A stretch of DNA of 64,000 bases from NCBI GenBank assembly GCA_045541375.1, contig JAZQJB010000087.1, forward strand, positions 6,327 through 70,326, written 5' to 3'. The DNA is from Eubacteriales bacterium (GTDB lineage: Bacteria; Bacillota; Clostridia; Oscillospirales; CAG-272). Of this stretch, positions 8,596 through 16,409 are shown piece after piece (the stretch's first letter is position 1; every line of letters begins with the position of its first letter). The translations under genes were made by a program, and so were the position numbers. The notes below the pieces were generated by a model. The model was not told the DNA's origin and made no database searches. It saw nothing but the letters and a program-made list of their open reading frames with translations.

Positions 8596-9656
8596 TGGAT
8601 AAGTCAAAAAGAGTACTTAACCTTTCGCACGCCGATATTGAAACCTTTGAGGAAAAGGATTTCAAAGGCTATGCGGCTATCGACATAACCGAATATTGCT
8701 TCGGCGAGCTCGAGGAGGACCCTTGGGACACTCTGCGCTCATTGCGCGCGCTTTTGAGGGATGCACGCCTGAAGCTGACCTTCGGCGGTCAGGCTCTCCT
8801 CGGATACCGCCATTATCCCGACGAGATCGTCGATGCTTTTGTTGCCGCGGCGATAGATAACGGCATCAACGTTATCAGGATATTTGATGCTCTCAATGAT
8901 GCCAGAAATCTCGAAACCGCCGCCGCTTCGGCAAAAAAATACGGAGCAGAACTCGAGATCGGTATGGTCTATGCCGAAAGCCCAGTCCACTCGATCCCCT
9001 ATTTCGCCGGCTACGCCTCTCAAATTGCCGCAATGGGTGCGGATGCGATAGGCATTATCGGAGTGTCAAACGAATTCGTCTGCCGCGAGCTGACGGAAGC
9101 AGTTATAAAAGCCGTACAACTTCCCGTAACCGTTTCGGCAACCGAAGAAAAGATTGCCGATATCGCCCTCGATTCGGGAGCGGTGACAGCAGAAGTATAT
9201 CTGCTTGAAGCCTACGGTGCCGATGTTGCAGAAGAAGCCGAGCAAGTGAGAAAAGACGCCGGATGTCCACCAATGGTTTATCCGATCTCGTTCATAATCG
9301 GCGCGCAGGCGATAAGAAATACGTTTTCTTCAAAGAGATATGAAACCGTCGGCGAGGATTTCAAAGATCTCGTTCTCGGCAAATTCGGCAAGCTCCCCGC
9401 GCCTCTTGCGCCCGAGTTCGTTTCCGAGATCGGCGGTGACGAACCTCTTGTGCTCGTCCGCCCCGCCGATCTTTTAGAGCCCGAATACGACCGCATCCGC
9501 GAATATACCGCCCCGTGGCTCGAGCAGGAAGAAGACATCCTCACCTACGCCATTTACCACGGCATTGCAATAGCATTCTTTGAAAAGCGCAAGGCAAAAA
9601 AGTACGCGCTTGATATGCCTCACGCGCACAAGCATAGGGGAATTCATACAGTATAA
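8595..9656 (+). CDS. Oxaloacetate decarboxylase alpha / pyruvate carboxylase CT-like protein lacking catalytic motifs
   Basis: Retains EDPW..LR, LLGYRHY, IRIFDALND.RNL, VRKDAG.PP, RPADLLEPE, EDILTYA; lacks RDAHQS, KDMAG and HxH. Confidence 0.8.
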   Translation: MDKSKRVLNLSHADIETFEEKDFKGYAAIDITEYCFGELEEDPWDTLRSLRALLRDARLKLTFGGQALLGYRHYPDEIVDAFVAAAIDNGINVIRIFDALNDARNLETAAASAKKYGAELEIGMVYAESPVHSIPYFAGYASQIAAMGADAIGIIGVSNEFVCRELTEAVIKAVQLPVTVSATEEKIADIALDSGAVTAEVYLLEAYGADVAEEAEQVRKDAGCPPMVYPISFIIGAQAIRNTFSSKRYETVGEDFKDLVLGKFGKLPAPLAPEFVSEIGGDEPLVLVRPADLLEPEYDRIREYTAPWLEQEEDILTYAIYHGIAIAFFEKRKAKKYALDMPHAHKHRGIHTV

Positions 9657-9759
9657 TTATTCATTTTTCATTATTCATCATTCATTATTCATTTGACCAA
9701 TATTGGTTTTTAATGAATAATGAATAATGAAGCCGCTTCGCTGATGAATAATGAATAAT
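9657..9759. repeat. Inverted heptamer tandem arrays (TTATTCA)n / (TGAATAA)n
   Basis: Five TTATTCA-like units 9657-9691, central palindrome ACCAATATTGGT 9696-9707, then about five complementary units 9711-9759. Confidence 0.85.
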
Positions 9760-9854
9760 TGTGGTAGCTTTTATCCCGTCGGTCAAAAAGCTTTTATATA
9801 ATAATGTATTGCATAATTGCAACGCAACGCTTCTGTAATTTGGAGGTCTATGTT

Positions 9855-10217
9855 ATGAAAGAGAATCTGCTTATTGATAAATCAGTTTTATTTGCTGTAC
9901 GAATAATTAAATTATATCAATATTTGACAAGAAATAAAAAAGAATCGATCATTTCTAAGCAAATTATTCGCAGCGGTACAAGTTTAGGCGCAAATATTAA
10001 CGAAGCAAATTACGCACAGAGTGTACGCGATTTTATATCAAAAATGCATATTGCACTTAAAGAAACCGCTGAAACTGAATATTGGCTCAGACTTCTTATT
10101 ATGTCGGAGTACTTAACAGAAGATATGGGACAATCAATACTAACCGATTGCTTGGAGATTAAACGAATTCTTATTGCGACAATTAATACGGCTAAGAAAA
10201 ATGAGAACAGACAATAG
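9855..10217 (+). CDS. Four-helix bundle protein (TIGR02436 / 23S rRNA-IVP family)
   Basis: KSVLFAVRII.LY, SKQIIRSGTSLGANINEA, DFISKMHIALKETAETEYWL; GGAGG RBS at 9842. Confidence 0.9.
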   Translation: MKENLLIDKSVLFAVRIIKLYQYLTRNKKESIISKQIIRSGTSLGANINEANYAQSVRDFISKMHIALKETAETEYWLRLLIMSEYLTEDMGQSILTDCLEIKRILIATINTAKKNENRQ

Positions 10218-10234
10218 AATAATAAAATAACTTA

Positions 10235-10280
10235 CCGCCGAGAGTGACCAAAAGGTTGCTCTCGGCGGGATTTCATTTAT
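10235..10280. terminator. Intrinsic terminator
   Basis: CCGCCGAGAG...CTCTCGGCGG stem between convergent genes. Confidence 0.65.
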
Positions 10281-10316
10281 TTCACGATGATTCTTTAAGA
10301 AAGGGCGGTAAACTCC

Positions 10317-11966
10317 TTATGGAATATAGATAAATGCCCCGAGAGAGGGAGACATATTCTCATCATATTTCAGCCAACCGCTTGCAAGTGCATATTTCGC
10401 AAGATAGCCGAAGGTGTGGTGTGCGGTGCAAAAAGATTCCAGTATCGCATCCATCACTGTATCCTGTGTGCGAATGCTTTCAGGCAGATCATCATACAGG
10501 ATTTCTCGAATTGTGTGGTTGATCTGATCCAGCAAAGTCATAATCTCGGCATGTAACTTACCCCTTCTGTCGCTATGCTCCTTAAATTCCGCGCTGAACT
10601 TATCTTTTTTGCATAATTTGACAAACATTCGAATGCTTTCGCCATTGATGACTGACACAGTCGGAACGTACTTCCCATCAATTTTAGCCGCATATCCGTG
10701 CTCAACAAGCTTGTCCGCTGACGAGAACTTTCGAGGAGATTTGTTTTTCACCATCAGCAACAATTCATGGGTGTCATCTTGTGAAAGATATACCGGTTTA
10801 CTGATCTGCTTTCCCTTATATCCGATTCGGTAATGATTAAAGCCGTTTGTTATACTATTTGGGACTATGGGGTCCGGCGTGAAATCGCAGATCTCATAGG
10901 CAAGAATATCCCAAATCCCGCCGTCCTTCCTCTTGGTGTGTCCAAGCTTGACTTTTGGCGAGCTTTTGCAAAGTTCATACAATCCTATGAAGAAATTCGG
11001 CAAAAGTATCCACTTTGCTTCCTCGTAGCTTTGATAGGAGCCATAGAAGGATAGCCCCGCCTCCTTATACTGAGCCATTAAACGGTCTGTATTCTCGGTG
11101 ATCAGATCGGTCAGGTGAGGGAGAATATCTTCATAATATAAATGTACTCTATGAAGAGCTTCACGGCTGATAATGGGAAAGTTTGTCTCATATCTCTCGC
11201 CATTTTTAATAAGTAACGTTTGTGCTGTCAGATGCTTCACTGTATCTTCAATATACGGCAAAGCAACGCCCACCTCGATGGCGAGCTCCTCTGCGGTCAT
11301 GGGATTGTCGTAACAGGAAAGGAAAATGTTTTGATTCAGCTTTGGATCCATCAAAGACCACGGCTGTCCAAGTTGCCCGGGGCACTCACAAATATTATTA
11401 TAGAAAATATTATCGGGGTTATAACTGCGTTTTCCAAATTCTCTTGCCATATCCATACCTTCTTTCAAAATTTGTCTTGCGCGGAGAAGCCGAGACTTCG
11501 CCGTGTTCGTGGAAAGCGAGAGCGATTCTGCAATTTCACGAAGGTTTTTGTTTTCGATGTAATAGGCAATGACGATATTGCGATAATCACTCTTAATGAA
11601 GGCGAGCTCGCGCCGAAGCAGAGCCATTTGCTCTGTATGTATCATTTCATCAAGGATATTATCGCACTCGTCCTCAATCTCATAATCGCCGATATCGGAA
11701 CCGGTTATCAATTCGTTTCGATTATGTTTTTCTTTAGCCCATACGGAATAACGGTTGCGTGCAACCTGCCATACCCACGCCGAAAAGTTTGCCGGAATCG
11801 TGCTTTTATTCAAAGCGGTAATGATTTGAAGTGCTATCTCTTGTGTCAGATCTTCAGCTTCAATATGACTTCCGGTCTTTTTCAAACAGAAGTAAAACAG
11901 CTTCTCCATATAGCTTTCGACAAATTCATTTATAAGCCTATTTCGCATTTCGTTCGTGTCTTGCAT
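10317..11966 (-). CDS. ECF sigma factor with ~380-aa C-terminal extension
   Basis: Region 2 (EAEDLTQE, FSAWVWQVARN) and region 4 (EIAESLSLS.NTAKSRL.RAR) followed by an HTH-like segment (MTAEELAIEVGVALPYIED); AAGGAGG RBS before MQDT. Confidence 0.85.
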   Translation of the reverse strand: MQDTNEMRNRLINEFVESYMEKLFYFCLKKTGSHIEAEDLTQEIALQIITALNKSTIPANFSAWVWQVARNRYSVWAKEKHNRNELITGSDIGDYEIEDECDNILDEMIHTEQMALLRRELAFIKSDYRNIVIAYYIENKNLREIAESLSLSTNTAKSRLLRARQILKEGMDMAREFGKRSYNPDNIFYNNICECPGQLGQPWSLMDPKLNQNIFLSCYDNPMTAEELAIEVGVALPYIEDTVKHLTAQTLLIKNGERYETNFPIISREALHRVHLYYEDILPHLTDLITENTDRLMAQYKEAGLSFYGSYQSYEEAKWILLPNFFIGLYELCKSSPKVKLGHTKRKDGGIWDILAYEICDFTPDPIVPNSITNGFNHYRIGYKGKQISKPVYLSQDDTHELLLMVKNKSPRKFSSADKLVEHGYAAKIDGKYVPTVSVINGESIRMFVKLCKKDKFSAEFKEHSDRRGKLHAEIMTLLDQINHTIREILYDDLPESIRTQDTVMDAILESFCTAHHTFGYLAKYALASGWLKYDENMSPSLGAFIYIP

Positions 11967-12102
11967 TTTCTCGCCTCCTTTCATCCATATAGTGTAGCGT
12001 TTTTGAATTTGGGTGCATCGATTTATAAAATTATATCATAAAATTGTGAATTAGTCTACATATAAATACTTGTTTTTGCCCGATGTGCGCTTATCAAGAA
12101 AA

Positions 12103-12133
12103 ATGGCAGAGGATATTTGATACCCTCTGCCCA
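12103..12133. terminator. Intrinsic terminator after the mscL operon
   Basis: GGCAGAGG...CCTCTGCC stem with a T-run on the minus strand. Confidence 0.6.
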
Positions 12134-12158
12134 CTTTACTGCTTTAGAATAATACATT

Positions 12159-12608
12159 TTATTTATCTTTTTTGTCTGCAAACCCTGCAATATACACCTC
12201 AAATCTGTGCGAGCAGCAAGGGCAACAGACCTTATGCTTGCCCGCCTTTTTGGGGAGTCTGAGAACGTTCTTGCAATTCTTGCAACGACGGTAAACGTGC
12301 GTTTTTCTGTCGCGGATGCGGTCGCGCTGAAGGCGGAAGAATCCGGTGAAATTCTTTACAAATCGCAAAAAATCAGCGTTTTCCTTGCGCCTTTTATATA
12401 GATTTTTGGAGAGATATCTGAAGAGCGCCCAAGAGATGATCGCAATATAAAGTGCGTTGACGATCAGCTTTGGGACACCTTGCAGAAAGATCGCAATAAT
12501 GATAAGGAACAGACAAACGATAAGCAAAAAATTATAAAGCGCATCAACGCCGTTGCGCCCTTGCATAAATTGCCATACCCGTTCGCGGAATGGAGTTTTG
12601 TTTTTCAT
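12159..12608 (-). CDS. Membrane protein with C-terminal zinc ribbon
   Basis: FMQGRNGVD, two TM helices, RC..C...LRLP...CPCC; GGAGG RBS before MKNK. Confidence 0.75.
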   Translation of the reverse strand: MKNKTPFRERVWQFMQGRNGVDALYNFLLIVCLFLIIIAIFLQGVPKLIVNALYIAIISWALFRYLSKNLYKRRKENADFLRFVKNFTGFFRLQRDRIRDRKTHVYRRCKNCKNVLRLPKKAGKHKVCCPCCSHRFEVYIAGFADKKDK

Positions 12609-12668
12609 TATTTCCTCCGGGGAATGCGCAGGGGACGACATTCTGCCGTCCCCACAGGTGAAATTAAA

Positions 12669-13205
12669 TTACTTCTTGAGAGAATCGCGGATCTCTGCGA
12701 GAAGCGCAGTCTGCTGAACGAGAGAAGCACGGAAAGCAGCCTCTTCTTCAGCCTTAGCCTTAGCAGCTTCAGCTTCAGCGGCAGCCTTTTCCTCTGCAGC
12801 CTTTGCAGCCGCAGCGTCAGCCTCTGCCTTTGCAAGGGCTTCCTTCTCATTTGCCTTGTCACGCATCTTGTTGATAACTCTTACAACGCAGAAGATGCAG
12901 AAAGCGATGATAAGGAAGTCGATGATGGTCTGAAGCCAAGTGCCCCAAAGGATTGCAACTTCTTTAACAAGAACTTCACCGGTAGCGGCGTCAAGCTCTT
13001 CGGGAGTAATAACGGTCTTGATGCTGTCAAGGCTACCGCTCTTGAGGAAGATACCAACGAAGGGGTTGATGATGTAGTTAACAAAACCGGTTACGATCTT
13101 GCTGAAGGCTCCGCCGACAACAACGCCGACTGCCATATCTACCACGTTACCGCGGGAGATGAACTTTTTGAAATCCGCACCAAAGGTGCTCTTCTTCTTT
13201 GCCAT
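12669..13205 (-). CDS. mscL: Large-conductance mechanosensitive channel
   Basis: FKKFISRGNVVDMAVGVVVGGAF; C-terminal LLAEIRD.L. Confidence 0.95.
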   Translation of the reverse strand: MAKKKSTFGADFKKFISRGNVVDMAVGVVVGGAFSKIVTGFVNYIINPFVGIFLKSGSLDSIKTVITPEELDAATGEVLVKEVAILWGTWLQTIIDFLIIAFCIFCVVRVINKMRDKANEKEALAKAEADAAAAKAAEEKAAAEAEAAKAKAEEEAAFRASLVQQTALLAEIRDSLKK

Positions 13206-13342
13206 AATAATACCTCCGGCATAAAACATTTAGTATGATATAATTATAAAACTATTTGCGCCCCGTGTCAAGAGAAAATCGAAATTTTCTGCATAATTCA
13301 ATGAAAATTAACAGTTATTTGAACTTGACTCCTCAAAAGTAC

Positions 13343-13371
13343 TTGACCTTTACTCCAAAATATTGTATAAT
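13343..13371 (+). promoter_or_regulatory. Sigma-A-type promoter
   Basis: TTGACC-N17-TATAAT upstream of the FAD oxidoreductase. Confidence 0.65.
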
Positions 13372-13411
13372 TAATCAGTATGAAAAAATATCTTCGGAGG
13401 AAATTATTAAA

Positions 13412-15256
13412 ATGAAGAGATTCAGAGAAGAACATTATTCTTTCGTCGTTGTCGGTGGCGGTATGTCGGGTCTTTGTGCTGCTATCGCGGCGGCTCGTGA
13501 GGGCGTTAAGACTGCACTCATCCACGCGCGTCCCGTTCTTGGTGGTAACGCATCCAGCGAGATCAGAATACATATCTCGGGCGCTGACCAGAGCCTTCGT
13601 CAGCCCGATTATGCAGAAAGCGGACTTGTTTACGAGCTTATGCTTGAGAACAAGGCTGTAAACGACTCCTTTAGCTATTCCACTTGGGATATGGTCCTTT
13701 TCCGCAAGGCAAAGGAAGAGCCCAATCTGACCACATATTTCAACACCGCAATGTACGATTGCGAGGTTGAGGACGACCGCATCGTTGCTATCAAGTGCTT
13801 CCAGGAAACAACCGAGCTCCGTCTCCGCATCACCGCTCCCATCTTTGCTGATTGCACCGGTAACGGTACTCTCGGTTACTTTGCAGGCGCCGAATTCAGA
13901 CAGGGAAGCGAATCCAAGGCTGAGACCGGCGAGCCCCACGCTCCCGAAAAGGCTAACAACGAGAGAATGGGTAACACCATCCTTATGAAGGCTGTCGACA
14001 CCGGCAAGCCCGTCAAGTTCACTCCTCCTCCTTTCGCAAAACACCTCACCGAGCATCAGCTTCGTTACAGAGTTCACTCCAAGACTATGAAGGTTGATGC
14101 TTCGATGGCTCCCGACCCCGAGGAATGGCTCCGTCTTTCCGCAAACTCCTGCGCAGCAGTTGACTACGGTTACTGGTGGCTCGAGCTTATGGGCGACGGC
14201 GAAGACATCATCGAGGATTACGAGAAGATCCGTGACGACCTCTATGCATATGCTTACGGTATTTGGGATCACATCAAGAACGGCGGCGAGCACGGCGCGG
14301 ACAACTTCGAGCTTATCTGGGTAGGCGCACTTCCCGGAATGCGCGAGAGCCGCAGACTTATGGGTGATTACATCCTCGACGAGAACGACATCCTCGACCA
14401 CAAGATCTTCGATGACGCAGTTATTCACGCAGGCTGGTGCGTTGACCTCCACGCCCCCCACGGTCTGCTTGACTTCGATATCCTTCCCTCCGATTGCAAC
14501 CACTTCGAGGGTATCTACACCATTCCTTACCGTTGCTACTACTCCAAGAATATCAAGAACCTCTTTATGGCGGGTAGAAACATTTCTACCACCAAGCTCG
14601 GACTTGCTTCGACCAGAATCATCGCTTGCTGTGCAAACGGCGGTCAGGCTGTCGGTGTTGCGGCTTCTCTCTGCGAGAAGTACGGCTGCGATCCTCGCGG
14701 CGTAATCGACCACATAACCGAGCTCCAGCAGATCATGCTCCGCGAAGACGGCTATCTCCCTCTGCCCTATAAGAACGAAGACGCAAAGGATATGGCACTC
14801 CAGGCAACCGTTTCCGCATCCTCCTACATCGCAGGCGGCGAGCCCGAAAAGGTCATCAACGGCGTTTCGAGAAAGATCGGCGAAGAGCACAATGCTTGGA
14901 TGACCGATTCGATCTCCGAGGGCGGCGAGACCCTTACCCTCAAGCTTGACGGCGCAAAGACCGTCAGCCAGGTAAGAGTGACCTCCGATTCCAACTTCGC
15001 ATACCCCATCCGTGTCACTATGTCCGCAAACAGACAGTCCCAGCAGAGAATCGGCGTTGCACCCGAGCTTCTCAAGGACTTCGACGTTGTTCTTTACAAG
15101 GACGGCAAGGAAGTCGGCAAGAAGGAAGTCCGCGGCAACTATCTCCGCCTTGCGGTTTGCGACGTTGAACCCACCGAGGCTGACGAGGTCAAGATCCACG
15201 TCCTTGCAACCAACGGCGCTCCCGCGATCAAGGTTTACGAGGTAAGAATTTATTAA
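13412..15256 (+). CDS. FAD-dependent oxidoreductase (PF12831-like) with C-terminal discoidin/F5-8-like domain
   Basis: VVGGGMSGLCAA, LGGNASSE, DCTG.G, RESRR, IPYRC, AGRNIS; C-terminal ATVSASS...EVRIY. Confidence 0.85.
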   Translation: MKRFREEHYSFVVVGGGMSGLCAAIAAAREGVKTALIHARPVLGGNASSEIRIHISGADQSLRQPDYAESGLVYELMLENKAVNDSFSYSTWDMVLFRKAKEEPNLTTYFNTAMYDCEVEDDRIVAIKCFQETTELRLRITAPIFADCTGNGTLGYFAGAEFRQGSESKAETGEPHAPEKANNERMGNTILMKAVDTGKPVKFTPPPFAKHLTEHQLRYRVHSKTMKVDASMAPDPEEWLRLSANSCAAVDYGYWWLELMGDGEDIIEDYEKIRDDLYAYAYGIWDHIKNGGEHGADNFELIWVGALPGMRESRRLMGDYILDENDILDHKIFDDAVIHAGWCVDLHAPHGLLDFDILPSDCNHFEGIYTIPYRCYYSKNIKNLFMAGRNISTTKLGLASTRIIACCANGGQAVGVAASLCEKYGCDPRGVIDHITELQQIMLREDGYLPLPYKNEDAKDMALQATVSASSYIAGGEPEKVINGVSRKIGEEHNAWMTDSISEGGETLTLKLDGAKTVSQVRVTSDSNFAYPIRVTMSANRQSQQRIGVAPELLKDFDVVLYKDGKEVGKKEVRGNYLRLAVCDVEPTEADEVKIHVLATNGAPAIKVYEVRIY

Positions 15257-15273
15257 TTTCTTATCATTGAATA

Positions 15274-15306
15274 AAACAACACAGCCCCGCGCTGTGTTGT
15301 TTTTTA
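15274..15306 (+). terminator. Intrinsic terminator
   Basis: AACAACACAGC-cccgc-GCTGTGTTGTT followed by Ts. Confidence 0.7.
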
Positions 15307-15380
15307 TTGAAAACTATTGACAAATCTTTCGATTTGTGATATATTTAACTTATCAAAATATCTGAAAGGAAATCAGACAA

Positions 15381-16373
15381 ATGAAAAAACTCGTTTCTAT
15401 CACACTCGCACTTGTTATGATCCTCTCCGTATCCGCATTCTGCGCATCGGCTGCTTCCTATGAGGAAAAGACCGTTGACGTAAACTGGAACTTCGGATAC
15501 GTCGGCTCCTCTACCAATAGCGGAGGATTTGTTAACATGCTCAACCCCAACGGCGGCAGCTATTCTTACTCCGACGTTATCGACATGGGCCCCGCAGGCT
15601 CCACTATCACTTTCGCTGACGATACATCCGGATTTGCATCCGCAGCAGCGTACGTTTTCTCCTTCTGGAAGAAGAACGGCACAGAGTATGAGCTTGACCT
15701 CGAAGCAAACAATATCCCCGGCGGAGTCGGTGCAGCTTCCAGAAGCTATGAGTTTGTAACCACCGAGGATAATCAGGCTATCCGCGTTACCTACCGCTCC
15801 GAGCAGAAGGCTGATATGACCCCCGAATTCGAGGAGATCTTCGTTGACGGCGTTAAGGTTGACACAAATTGGAACTTCGGTTACGTAAAGGCTGACGGCT
15901 CCATCGTTGCAAACGGCTCCGCTTATTCCTATACCGACGTTATCGTTGTTCCCAAGGCAGGCAGCAAGGTAACCTTCACCGATACCAACAAGAACGGCTC
16001 CGCATTCTGCTCCAACAGCGCATACGTTTTCTCCACCTGGACCAAGGACGGTGAAAACTGGGTATTCGCCAACGGCGTTAAGGGCGAAGGCGGCACCTTC
16101 GTAACCAATCCTCTTGTTTACTCCTACACCTCCACCAAGGATAACGAGCTTGTAAGACTTTGCTACCGTTCGGAAGAGAAGGCAGGCTCTCCCATCGATC
16201 CCGCACTCCGTCCCGTTGTTACTCTCAAGACTCCCGTAGCCGAGACTCCTGTTGAGCCTCCCGTAGAGCCTGAGAACCCCACCACCGGTGATGCTGTTCT
16301 TAATGCAGTAGCTGCAGTTCTTGCAAGCCTTGCAATCGCTGTAACCGTAATCAAGAAGAGAACTATTGCATAA
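15381..16373 (+). CDS. Secreted, probably sortase-anchored protein with two copies of an unrecognised ~110-aa module
   Basis: Signal peptide; Pro/Glu linker; NPTTG + hydrophobic stretch + KKR tail; two W-x-x-GYV...YSY.DVI...R..YRS repeats. Confidence 0.85.
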   Translation: MKKLVSITLALVMILSVSAFCASAASYEEKTVDVNWNFGYVGSSTNSGGFVNMLNPNGGSYSYSDVIDMGPAGSTITFADDTSGFASAAAYVFSFWKKNGTEYELDLEANNIPGGVGAASRSYEFVTTEDNQAIRVTYRSEQKADMTPEFEEIFVDGVKVDTNWNFGYVKADGSIVANGSAYSYTDVIVVPKAGSKVTFTDTNKNGSAFCSNSAYVFSTWTKDGENWVFANGVKGEGGTFVTNPLVYSYTSTKDNELVRLCYRSEEKAGSPIDPALRPVVTLKTPVAETPVEPPVEPENPTTGDAVLNAVAAVLASLAIAVTVIKKRTIA

Positions 16374-16409
16374 TTCGGATAGATCCGAACTCTTAATTTG
16401 GAGATCATT

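Noticed and set aside
9657-9759. Possible CRISPR array or DGR
   Set aside because: Repeats are 7-mers without spacers; there are no cas genes, no reverse transcriptase and no TR/VR pair in the window.
13323-13360. Direct repeat ACTTGAC...CAAAA around the oxidoreductase promoter
   Set aside because: Short, imperfect and overlapping the -35 element; cannot be distinguished from chance without comparative data.
13298-15199. 633-aa antisense ORF, and similar long shadows at 30295-31569, 35853-37211, 38178-40049, 44691-45812, 49634-51091 and 55084-56622
   Set aside because: Each lies opposite a well-recognised gene, has no recognisable motifs, and is explained by codon bias that avoids antisense stop codons.
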